This document shows, in pieces, positions 16,716 through 24,682 of a stretch of DNA of 26,769 nt. The stretch is from a virus (taxonomy: Duplodnaviria > Caudoviricetes), in IMG/VR virus record IMGVR_UViG_3300020042_007005, positions 1-26,769 of that record; one strand, given 5' to 3'. The notes under the pieces are model-generated. The model was not told where the DNA came from and did no database searches. It saw only the letters and a list, made by a program, of their open reading frames with translations. The position numbers and the translations under genes are program-made. Within the stretch, counting starts at the first letter, position 1. Each line of letters begins with the position of its first letter.

Positions 16716-17112
16716 TGTATACACACGTCTAATTATCCAAGTATCCAAGGGGCTTTTGCCCTTGGATAATTACCTTTCCCTTTAAAATCAAGGGGTTAGA
16801 GGTGTAATTAGACAATTAGACAATTATCCAACAATTTAGGTACACACAGATGATGCGTGTGTGTTCTCGTGCGAAAGTGCGCCAAGCGCACACAATTCAT
16901 ACGACCCTAAAATCCTCTCGCATCCTCCAGCTTTTCTGGCTAATTGGATAATTAGCCTAGGGTATACCCGCATACCCTCGCACAAGCCAGTATCTATGCG
17001 CCTTCCAGCATCAGTACTCGCTAACATCGACTATCCAAGCCCCTCAAATCTTGGATACCACCTTGCCTAATTACCCCTTCAACGTACGTATACACAACGT
17101 GTGTATACATCA
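16713..17112. other. Putative replication origin: iteron cluster bounded by a 16-bp inverted repeat
   Basis: Non-coding; seven TATCCAA copies in both orientations; ends TGATGTATACACACGT / ACGTGTGTATACATCA. Confidence 0.6.
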
Positions 17113-17121
17113 GGAGTCACC

Positions 17122-17280
17122 ATGTCCCAACGTCAACAGCTAATGTATGTATACATCAAAGATGACATGGAAGATGAGGAACCCTTCATCTTCGAGGCAA
17201 GCACCGACCGCAACCCCTTGGACATGGACGACCCAGAGGTGGCATATCACGAGTACTTGGCTGAGCGATTCAGCCGATAA
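17122..17280 (+). CDS. Small acidic protein (52 aa), absent from the ORF track
   Basis: CAGGAG RBS; MSQRQQLMYVYIKDDMEDEEPFIFEASTDRNPLDMDDPEVAYHEYLAERFSR. Confidence 0.7.
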   Translation: MSQRQQLMYVYIKDDMEDEEPFIFEASTDRNPLDMDDPEVAYHEYLAERFSR

Positions 17281-17320
17281 CATACGTACAGACGTACGTA
17301 TACATCAAATGGAGAACATC

Positions 17321-17533
17321 ATGAATGCAAAAGAACTGAACCATGCTCGTGGACTTGAGCAGGCCTTGCGCCGCAAGTTGACGATTTTGAGAGATCAGGC
17401 GGCGCAAGCCGATGCTGACAAGGACGGGCGCTCGCGCATGGCCCTCCGTTTGAGAGCGGAGGCAGACGCCGCTGAGTTGGCGGCTAACGATCTGAGGGTA
17501 GCAGTAGATGCCGCCGTGTACTTTAAGGATTAA
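17321..17533 (+). CDS. Small helical hypothetical protein
   Basis: GGAG RBS before ATG 17321; MNAKELNHARGLEQALRRKL... Confidence 0.7.
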   Translation: MNAKELNHARGLEQALRRKLTILRDQAAQADADKDGRSRMALRLRAEADAAELAANDLRVAVDAAVYFKD

Positions 17534-17535
17534 TC

Positions 17536-17745
17536 ATGGACACCATCACACCCGGACAACACCTCGAGCGAACCATCACGGTGGCCCTCAAGGACGTGTA
17601 TGGCAAGCAAACCATATATCCAGTGTGCGACATGGCACACACGTTTGCAGCACTCACCGGGCAGAAAACCCTGAGCGACCGACACATCGAGATCATCAAA
17701 GGTCTTGGGTACACAATCGTTATCGAGCAAAGGACACTGCCATGA
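17536..17745 (+). CDS. Conserved small phage protein
   Basis: VYGKQTIYPVC...FAALTGQKTL...IKGLGY motif; AAGGA RBS. Confidence 0.75.
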   Translation: MDTITPGQHLERTITVALKDVYGKQTIYPVCDMAHTFAALTGQKTLSDRHIEIIKGLGYTIVIEQRTLP

Positions 17746-17999
17746 AACAACGTAAACGCATAGACGACCCGCCATGGGAATACTTCATAGAACCGGCAAT
17801 GTCATGTTGCAGTGCGCTGCCCCAATACGTCGTTGAACGGTTGGGGCTTTTTTACAGCACAGAGAAAATTAAAAAGTACAAGGGTTGGTGCAGTAACTGC
17901 AACGCCAACCTTTTCCACGACCTAAATGGGAGATTTCCATACACAACCGAAGAGTTCGACCGCTTTGAGAACACGCAACAAGAGGAGATAACCAAATGA
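17742..17999 (+). CDS. Hypothetical CxxC protein, paralogue A
   Basis: ATGA overlap, AAGGA RBS; WEYFIE...WCSNCNANLF...GRFPYTTEEFDRFE. Confidence 0.75.
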   Translation: MKQRKRIDDPPWEYFIEPAMSCCSALPQYVVERLGLFYSTEKIKKYKGWCSNCNANLFHDLNGRFPYTTEEFDRFENTQQEEITK

Positions 18000-18208
18000 A
18001 ACCTATAGTATTCTACAAAACCTACTCTGACCCAATGATGTGCTTGCTGTACGACAGTATGGACAAACCCTTTTGGTGTGCAAAGCTAGAGGTGGTCGAC
18101 CACTCGAACCTTGGCAGTGGCGTGATACGCACAAGTGCCATCGTAAGTTTCAACCCTCAAGGTGGAATCATTGAGACTAAGAACACGATATACGTGCCTG
18201 AATCATGA
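17996..18208 (+). CDS. Small hypothetical protein
   Basis: ATGA overlaps at both ends; VDHSNLG...IRTSAIV...IETKNTIY motif of a common small phage family. Confidence 0.75.
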   Translation: MKPIVFYKTYSDPMMCLLYDSMDKPFWCAKLEVVDHSNLGSGVIRTSAIVSFNPQGGIIETKNTIYVPES

Positions 18209-18468
18209 ACCAACGTAAACGCAAGAAACTCATCCTTATAAAGATGGACAATCCGTCATGGGAGTACTTCATAGAGCGCACGGCCATGTACAAGACGCGG
18301 GATATAAAGCCATGCAAATCCTACTCGCACTGGTGCAGTGACTGTAACGCAGTCCTGTTCAGAGAACTGCATGGGCGATTCCCTCACACCATCGAGGAGT
18401 TCGACCGCTTCGAGAACATACAGCAGTTGGCCGGATACAAACTTGAAGAAGCACAGGAGACACCATGA
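18205..18468 (+). CDS. Hypothetical CxxC protein, paralogue B
   Basis: WEYFIE...WCSDCNAVLF...GRFPHTIEEFDRFE. Confidence 0.75.
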   Translation: MNQRKRKKLILIKMDNPSWEYFIERTAMYKTRDIKPCKSYSHWCSDCNAVLFRELHGRFPHTIEEFDRFENIQQLAGYKLEEAQETP

Positions 18469-18632
18469 CCAAAGAAGACTGGATTATTCTGCGCCTACTG
18501 AAGGCATCAAGCCGAACCCAAGCCTGTGCCCATCCTGACTACGTACGTTCAATTCTGCGCCTACTGGACAAGTACGGCTACAAGAGCTTGGACAAACACA
18601 TCGCCCAGTTACACGAGGAGGATAGACGGTGA
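18465..18632 (+). CDS. Small hypothetical protein (55 aa), absent from the ORF track
   Basis: AGGAG RBS, ATGA/GTGA overlaps; MTKEDWIILRLLKASSRTQACAHPDYVRSILRLLDKYGYKSLDKHIAQLHEEDRR. Confidence 0.7.
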   Translation: MTKEDWIILRLLKASSRTQACAHPDYVRSILRLLDKYGYKSLDKHIAQLHEEDRR

Positions 18633-18877
18633 ACGGCGGCAAGACAGGCGCACCACCGGGGCTATTGCAAGACGACAGTCGCAAGCTACACAAATGGTTT
18701 GCCAGTCGCTTGGATGCACGACAAGTAATACGCAACAACTTTGGAGACCCCATGACCAGACACACCCCCCATGGCAGCGTCCCGTCCGTATGGCAGGACG
18801 ATGGGTTCGGGACACTGCACCGCATCACATTTCAGCAACTGATTGCCCGTATCGAATCGGGCTGGAGGGAACTATGA
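18629..18877 (+). CDS. Hypothetical protein
   Basis: GTG start, GAGGAGG RBS; TGAPPGLLQDDSRKLHKWFAS motif. Confidence 0.7.
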   Translation: MNGGKTGAPPGLLQDDSRKLHKWFASRLDARQVIRNNFGDPMTRHTPHGSVPSVWQDDGFGTLHRITFQQLIARIESGWREL

Positions 18878-18963
18878 TTACACATCGAGCCGCAAGAATT
18901 GCCGTACTGCTATTCCTCATTGCAGTCCTAGTCCTTGACCTGTTTTATTGGAGGCCGGGTTGA
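18874..18963 (+). CDS. Small membrane peptide (29 aa)
   Basis: GGAGG RBS; MITHRAARIAVLLFLIAVLVLDLFYWRPG, one TM helix ending DLFxWRP. Confidence 0.7.
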   Translation: MITHRAARIAVLLFLIAVLVLDLFYWRPG

Positions 18964-19238
18964 ACTTCATATGGGAGGACGGCGAGGTGTACTGTCGCTG
19001 CACCATACGCCCCAAGGTACGCATCAAGACAAGAGAGTGGGATGGCAATCTCGTACCACTGTGGGTCGACTCTGTTGGATTCGTAAGAGTACGCATGGAC
19101 GGGTACGAAGGGCACATCTACGGCACGGTGTCGCCTGCACACCCGAAGTCATTCGACACCATCGAGCAAGCCAAGGCATACGTCGAGGAGCAGTCCCTCG
19201 TTGGCCTTACTGTAAATAAGCTACACGTTGACGTGTGA
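18960..19238 (+). CDS. Hypothetical protein
   Basis: TTG start overlapping the previous stop, GGAGG RBS; C-terminal FDTIEQAKAYV. Confidence 0.65.
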   Translation: MNFIWEDGEVYCRCTIRPKVRIKTREWDGNLVPLWVDSVGFVRVRMDGYEGHIYGTVSPAHPKSFDTIEQAKAYVEEQSLVGLTVNKLHVDV

Positions 19239-19373
19239 CTGTGTAAGTTTCGCGTAAGACGACATACATACACTTAATCAAACAAATTCAGGCTACCCCA
19301 TCGTTCAAGCGTCACGCATGGGGGCAGGCATCCAGACGCTACATAAACATATCTCAACACACAAGGAATCATC

Positions 19374-20372
19374 ATGCGTTACAGCAATATCAAAACATCT
19401 GTTCTCGAACAGTTCAAGGTCGATGGCGGCAATGCCGTCGTACCCTTCATCCTCGGTGCGCCGGGTGGTGGTAAGTCCGCCTGTGCTCGTGAGGTCATCT
19501 CTGAGCTTGGCATCGAGAACGTGGTCGAGTTCACTGCGTCACTGCGTGACCCGGTCGACGTGCTCGGCGTACCTAACACCCAAGGCGAGTACACACGCTG
19601 GGTTCCACCCCAAGAGTTCTACCAACTGCGACGTGGTGTAGGACGTGCAGCACTCATTCTGGAGGAGCTGTCTGATGCGCCTGTGCCCATGCAGAACGCA
19701 CTGTGCGGTGTTATCTACGATCGTCGTGCTGGCAACCTCATGCTGTCTGACGAGCTGTTTATCATAGCCACTGGCAACCGTACCGAGGACAAGTCTGGTG
19801 CCAATCGCATCACATCCAAGCTGGCCAACCGTACACGGCGCTTCGACTTCCAAGAGACCATCGAGGACTGGACAGCATGGGCGCTCGACAAGGGCATCGA
19901 CCCTGTGCTCATTCAGTTCCTGCGCTTCCGTCCCGGTCTGCTGTCTGACTTCGATGCCAACCGCTTCGCCAATCCTACGCCTCGTTCATGGGAGCGTGTC
20001 AACCTTATCCCTGACAGCCTCGACAAGGGTCTGTTCTTCGACAACTGCGCTGGTGAGGTGGGCGAGGGCGCTGCTGCTGAGTACACTGGGTTCAAGCGTG
20101 TCTACGAGTCACTGCCTGATATCGACTCCATCTTGCTCGACCCTGCTGGCTCAGACGTACCCCAAGACCCTGCGACTCTGTACGCCTTGACTGGTGCGCT
20201 GGCTCGTAAGTCAACGAAAGATAACTTCGACCGTGTGTCCCGGTACCTGTCCCGCCTGTCTCCTGAGTTCAACGTCATGTGTACCAAGGACGCGATCAAG
20301 CTGCAGCCTACCATCAAGCACACACGTAGCTTCGTCGAGTGGGCATCAAAGAACGCCGAGGTGCTGATGTGA
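19374..20372 (+). CDS. MoxR/CbbQ-like AAA+ ATPase
   Basis: Walker A GAPGGGKS, Walker B LILEE, sensor-1 IIATGNR, arginine finger LANR, PTPRSWE. Confidence 0.92.
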   Translation: MRYSNIKTSVLEQFKVDGGNAVVPFILGAPGGGKSACAREVISELGIENVVEFTASLRDPVDVLGVPNTQGEYTRWVPPQEFYQLRRGVGRAALILEELSDAPVPMQNALCGVIYDRRAGNLMLSDELFIIATGNRTEDKSGANRITSKLANRTRRFDFQETIEDWTAWALDKGIDPVLIQFLRFRPGLLSDFDANRFANPTPRSWERVNLIPDSLDKGLFFDNCAGEVGEGAAAEYTGFKRVYESLPDIDSILLDPAGSDVPQDPATLYALTGALARKSTKDNFDRVSRYLSRLSPEFNVMCTKDAIKLQPTIKHTRSFVEWASKNAEVLM

Positions 20373-20617
20373 GATGGACGTATCCACACTACGAACGCGA
20401 CGAGTTCAGAAAAATCAAGCCAATCGCTGAGTTGTGGGACGAAAGGTCAGGTATGCGTGTGGCGCTAGTGTGTCGTGCGGATAACTGGCCTGAATCGTCT
20501 TACAAGATTGTCACTCCCGTCGCGTACCACAGGTTCAACGACGTCGACACGGTCGAGATGCAGGGCGACTTCCTCGAAGCCCAAGAACTCGCGGTGGCAA
20601 TGGCGAGGCTTGCATGA
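20369..20617 (+). CDS. Hypothetical protein
   Basis: GTG 20369 overlapping the ATPase stop, GAGGT RBS; C-terminal DFLEAQELAVAMARL. Confidence 0.65.
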   Translation: MRWTYPHYERDEFRKIKPIAELWDERSGMRVALVCRADNWPESSYKIVTPVAYHRFNDVDTVEMQGDFLEAQELAVAMARLA

Positions 20618-20889
20618 CAGTCAGTGACCTTAAATGGCATACCCGAGACGACGGCGCAACATGGGTGTTGCTCGGGGATTACAAAGGCGAAGCTGGGTTT
20701 TGCATCAATCGCAGGATGTTTGAACTCCAGTACCTTGGCCGCACTAAAGGGGCTAGTCGGGGAGAAAGAAAGATGCGATGGAAAGCCCACGACCGCCGCT
20801 ACTGGGTCGACGACCCGCAAGACATACCTGAGTTCCTTGACCTCGATGAGGCCAAGGCTTGGGTTTTAACAATCATCACACTGGAGTAA
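20614..20889 (+). CDS. Hypothetical protein
   Basis: ATGA overlap; C-terminal FLDLDEAKAWVLT. Confidence 0.7.
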   Translation: MTVSDLKWHTRDDGATWVLLGDYKGEAGFCINRRMFELQYLGRTKGASRGERKMRWKAHDRRYWVDDPQDIPEFLDLDEAKAWVLTIITLE

Positions 20890-20891
20890 AC

Positions 20892-21764
20892 ATGACACCT
20901 ACAAAACTTTCGGACAAGGTAGTTCTTGTCAAGCTGACTATTCGTCGCGCAGCACTCACCAAGCGCGATGCGTATCTATCGGACAAGATTCAGCGTCAAG
21001 AGGGCGACACCTCGCTGACTGTGCTGACCAAGCTGTTCAGGAACAAGGACTCTGCGATTAACCAGATCATGTCGTCATACGGCGAGTTCTATCAGTACCA
21101 CAAGAAGAACACGCTACCTTACATGGATGCTGGCCCACGCATCTTGCCCAATGACTTGTACATGGAGTACACGCAAGAGATGAAGCACCGCATCGCTAAG
21201 GTGGACAACCTGCTCGACACTTACATGCCCATGTATGACCAGCTAGTGCAGGACGATGTGATGTACCGCAACAGTGGACACGCAGCTGGCCGTGCCAATG
21301 CTTCCGAGTACCCCACTGCCGAAGACTTCAGGCAGTCCATGTCAGCCGAGTTGCGCTTCCAGCCCATGCCAGATGCGTCGCACTTCCTGTTCGACCTCAG
21401 TGACGAAGACGTTGCGTCGTTCAAACGTGCCGAGGAAGAAGCCGCGCAAGCTGCCAACGCTGACACCATACAGCGCATGCTCAAGCCCATACAAGCACTG
21501 GTGACTAAGCTGGGCGAGTACCAAGGTCTCAAGGGTGAACGCTTCCACAACAGCCTTGTCGAGAACGTCATCGACGGATGCACACTGGCTCGCAAGCTGG
21601 CAATCAGCCCGACACCTGAGTTGCTTGCGGATATCGCTGAGCTGGAGGATGCAGTGCAGGGCTACCTCAAGGACGTGGAGATGATCAAAGGCTCAGCCCA
21701 CAAGCGCGACGAGGCCAAGAAGAAGCTGCAAGACGTGGCGTCAAAGATGGCGATGTTCTCATGA
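20892..21764 (+). CDS. DUF3150-like helical protein
   Basis: GGAG RBS before ATG 20892; VLVKLTI...TLPYMDAGPRILP...EYPT pattern; lies between the AAA and VWA genes. Confidence 0.55.
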   Translation: MTPTKLSDKVVLVKLTIRRAALTKRDAYLSDKIQRQEGDTSLTVLTKLFRNKDSAINQIMSSYGEFYQYHKKNTLPYMDAGPRILPNDLYMEYTQEMKHRIAKVDNLLDTYMPMYDQLVQDDVMYRNSGHAAGRANASEYPTAEDFRQSMSAELRFQPMPDASHFLFDLSDEDVASFKRAEEEAAQAANADTIQRMLKPIQALVTKLGEYQGLKGERFHNSLVENVIDGCTLARKLAISPTPELLADIAELEDAVQGYLKDVEMIKGSAHKRDEAKKKLQDVASKMAMFS

Positions 21765-21958
21765 ACTTCACTGACCTTGAGTACATCCTGATGGTCGCAG
21801 TAGCTGTGCTGCTGTGGCGTAACCAGTCCATGAAGATGTGGGCCATGTCCGAGGCGTATCGGGCGAACAAGTATGCCAATTGGCTGGTTGGTGTGTATGA
21901 AAAGAAAGGAAAGATTGTGCAGAAAAACGATGGATACTTTTTTGAGGAGATGAAATGA
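21761..21958 (+). CDS. Small protein with N-terminal membrane anchor
   Basis: ATGA overlaps; YILMVAVAVLLW hydrophobic segment. Confidence 0.7.
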   Translation: MNFTDLEYILMVAVAVLLWRNQSMKMWAMSEAYRANKYANWLVGVYEKKGKIVQKNDGYFFEEMK

Positions 21959-22497
21959 GCACTATGAGTAGCTTTCAACGAGGGCGTATCACTGGTATGT
22001 CCGGTACAGAGACAACAGTGAAGCTGTACCCACATCGACTAGGTGTGAGGATGCGCAACAGCGTCATCCGCATGCTTGAGAACCGCATTGTCGAGGGTGG
22101 CTGGTCATCACAGTCAGCTCGAATAACAAGAGCACTGGCTGCCAAGTACAACTTGCAAGTCAGCAACCAACACTGGAACGGCTTACATATCCTAGGTCTA
22201 TCAGCACACGCAGCACCACTGATAAAGGAGGTCATCCATACAGACTGGATTGCGCGGCTAGTGGAGGAACCTTCATACCGTAATGGGTACTACAAAGATC
22301 GGCACATCGAGGCAATGACCTTTATCGACGCGGTCAATCCAGACTTCTACGTCAACATGCACGACAAGGGGCTAATGCGTAAGGTTGTAGAAATCTTGGC
22401 AGAACATACTACACAGGAGCTCAAAGACAAATCAAAGCAAGTAGCCGACATGCTCAGAGGCACTGAGCCAATCGAAATCATAACTTTTCAGGAGTAA
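21955..22497 (+). CDS. Hypothetical protein
   Basis: GAGGAG RBS, coupled to neighbours; 180 aa. Confidence 0.7.
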   Translation: MSTMSSFQRGRITGMSGTETTVKLYPHRLGVRMRNSVIRMLENRIVEGGWSSQSARITRALAAKYNLQVSNQHWNGLHILGLSAHAAPLIKEVIHTDWIARLVEEPSYRNGYYKDRHIEAMTFIDAVNPDFYVNMHDKGLMRKVVEILAEHTTQELKDKSKQVADMLRGTEPIEIITFQE

Positions 22498-22499
22498 TC

Positions 22500-23609
22500 A
22501 TGGCAGTCACCACACTCGACCGTGCTAAGGTATCTATCGTTACCCAGCATCCGTTCTTTGCATCCATCCTCATGAAGCGCAAGCTCATCGAGGACAACAC
22601 CATCCCCACTGCTGCTGTCGATCAGCGCGGTCAGATTTACTACAACAAGTCCTTCGTTGAGAAGCTGTCTGTTGACGAGCTTGTGTTCCTGCTGTGTCAT
22701 GAGGTAGGCCATGTCATCGGCCAGCATGCACGGCGCCGTGGCGCACGTCACGCCAAGAAATGGAACATCGCAGGTGACGCATGGATTAACGACATGCTCA
22801 AGGACGCAGGCATCGGCCAGCAGATCGAGGGCTGTGTCAATATGCCCGGCTCCAAGGACGAGACAGTCGACGCTATCTACAACAAGCTGCCCGACCAGCC
22901 TGATGGCAACGGCCCCGGTGGTACTGGTGACGACTTGATCGAGCGTGGCACACCACTCACTCAGGACGAGGCTGACCGCATCGACGCTGAGACTCGCGTA
23001 GAGATCGCCCAAGCTGCCCAAGCAGCCAAGGCTCAGGGCAAGATGCCCGGTGGTCTGGCCAAGATCGTCGCCGACCTCATCGACGTGCAGACACCATGGC
23101 ACGATATCCTCGAGCGTTACATGACCTCGTTCACTCGCGGTGACTACACATGGGCACGACCCAACCGCCGCTTCGCCAACTGCTACTTGCCAAGCACAGG
23201 CAAGACCGCCGAGATGGGCGAGGTTGTCATCCAAGTCGATGTGTCTGGCTCCATCAGCAAGACCGAGCTCGACCACTACAACGGCCACTTGCAGCGCATC
23301 GTGTCGCAGTGCAACCCATCCCGTGTCCATGTCTTGTATGTCGACACCAGCGTAGCCAAGCACGAGGTGTTCGAGCAGGGCGAGGAGGTGGCGCTGACGT
23401 TCTACTGTGGCGGCGGCACTGACATGGAGGAGGGCTTCAACTACATCGCCAAGGAGGGTATCAAGCCCGAGGTGTTCGTGTGTTTGACCGACGGTTACAC
23501 AGACTTCAACGCAGCCAATGCGCCTGACTACCCAGTAGTCTGGTGTATCTCTAGTGACATTCGGGCTCCATACGGCGACAATATCCCCTTTACCTTGGAG
23601 CAACCATGA
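22500..23609 (+). CDS. DUF2201-family protein: HExxH metallopeptidase-like domain plus VWA domain
   Basis: PFF...PTAAVD...HEVGH...WNIAGD; MIDAS DVSGS...GGGT...LTDG. Confidence 0.9.
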   Translation: MAVTTLDRAKVSIVTQHPFFASILMKRKLIEDNTIPTAAVDQRGQIYYNKSFVEKLSVDELVFLLCHEVGHVIGQHARRRGARHAKKWNIAGDAWINDMLKDAGIGQQIEGCVNMPGSKDETVDAIYNKLPDQPDGNGPGGTGDDLIERGTPLTQDEADRIDAETRVEIAQAAQAAKAQGKMPGGLAKIVADLIDVQTPWHDILERYMTSFTRGDYTWARPNRRFANCYLPSTGKTAEMGEVVIQVDVSGSISKTELDHYNGHLQRIVSQCNPSRVHVLYVDTSVAKHEVFEQGEEVALTFYCGGGTDMEEGFNYIAKEGIKPEVFVCLTDGYTDFNAANAPDYPVVWCISSDIRAPYGDNIPFTLEQP

Positions 23610-23758
23610 ACGCCAAAGACCAACTCGACTCTCTCATCGAAGCATACAACGGCATCTTCAAGCAGTGCTACGACGCACTAGCAGAGGACGCACCACAAGA
23701 AACACGCGACAAGCTCAGAGAAGCAATTGCAGAGTTTGTTCAGGAAGCTGCTAAATAA
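23606..23758 (+). CDS. Small helical protein (50 aa), absent from the ORF track
   Basis: GGAG RBS, ATGA overlap; MNAKDQLDSLIEAYNGIFKQCYDALAEDAPQETRDKLREAIAEFVQEAAK. Confidence 0.7.
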   Translation: MNAKDQLDSLIEAYNGIFKQCYDALAEDAPQETRDKLREAIAEFVQEAAK

Positions 23759-23768
23759 GTTCGACTAA

Positions 23769-23792
23769 GCCACCCACAGAGGTGGCCTCTTT
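23769..23792 (+). terminator. Stem-loop, possible weak terminator
   Basis: GCCACC-CACAGA-GGTGGC followed by CTCTTT. Confidence 0.45.
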
Positions 23793-23818
23793 AAATCTCA
23801 ACACAAAGGAATCCAATC

Positions 23819-24487
23819 ATGGCTACAGTAGGTATCACCAAAGATCTTCGCAATCGCGTTAAGACGAAGATCAACGGCATGCGCAAAGCAGAGCGCAACA
23901 GTGATGTGCCCAACATCGACAAGAACATTACCCTTAACGCCAGTCAGCTGTACAACATCGGATGCTGGACTGAGAAGTATGTACATCTCATTGATCAGAT
24001 TCCTAAAGACTGGCTAACCAAAACGGAGGAGGCCACCGTGTCCATCAGCGGCACACTCGACGATGGCCGTACACTGTCCACTAGCGTTAGGTTCAACGGT
24101 ATGAAGAGCGCGTATGCTCGCCCAAGAGATTCCTACTACAACAGGGTAGAGTCTGAGTTGACTATCGACTACGTACGTTCCCTGCCTGAGGATACTCCGG
24201 GCCGCGCCGAGCTGCTGCAACGCTGGGAAGAGTCCACAATCGCACTGGACATTGATGCGCGATGGGCCAAGGTAGAGACAGACATTGACGAATTCCTTGA
24301 CAAGTGCAAGTCTCTCAACGAGGCAGTCAAGCTGTTCCCCGGTGTGCGCATGTACATCCACATCGAGGATACCGAGCGCCTTGATCGTAAGTTAGAACGC
24401 CCTGCACAGCGTGCCAAAATCGTTGAAGATGTAGACACCGAGGGACTTACAGCTGCAGCTATTGCAGCTAAACTTTCAGCAGCATGA
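23819..24487 (+). CDS. Nmad5-like protein (nucleotide modification associated domain 5)
   Basis: N-terminal MATVGITKDL and C-terminal FLDKCKSLNEAVKLFP resemble the family; AAGGA RBS. Confidence 0.55.
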   Translation: MATVGITKDLRNRVKTKINGMRKAERNSDVPNIDKNITLNASQLYNIGCWTEKYVHLIDQIPKDWLTKTEEATVSISGTLDDGRTLSTSVRFNGMKSAYARPRDSYYNRVESELTIDYVRSLPEDTPGRAELLQRWEESTIALDIDARWAKVETDIDEFLDKCKSLNEAVKLFPGVRMYIHIEDTERLDRKLERPAQRAKIVEDVDTEGLTAAAIAAKLSAA

Positions 24488-24496
24488 GGAGACACC

Positions 24497-24682
24497 ATGA
24501 AGAAGATATACCCAACCGTACCAGTGGGGCACCCCGAATACAAGTGGACGAGTGGCGCTGACGTGCAGGCCACATGGAGACGCTTCGGCTGGACGCCGCC
24601 GTTCGGTAACAAGTTCGAGCCCATCCCGCCAAAAGTCGAAGAAGTTCTGCAAGTTACACGTAAGTATTGGAGAGTCAAATGA
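24497..24682 (+). CDS. Small hypothetical protein
   Basis: GAGGAG RBS; DVQATWRRFGWTPP motif. Confidence 0.7.
   Translation: MKKIYPTVPVGHPEYKWTSGADVQATWRRFGWTPPFGNKFEPIPPKVEEVLQVTRKYWRVK

Noticed and set aside
16733-16832. Canonical DnaA boxes
   Set aside because: Copies read TTATCCAAG and TTATCCAAC, matching only 7 of 9 positions, so phage-specific iterons are more likely
16594-17070. Short ORFs in the iteron region
   Set aside because: No RBS; sequence better explained by non-coding repeats
17742-18468. DGR template/variable repeat pair
   Set aside because: Differences occur at C and T as well as A, include indels, and no reverse transcriptase is present
22488-23603. 371-aa minus-strand ORF
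   Set aside because: Antisense shadow of the DUF2201/VWA gene caused by codon bias
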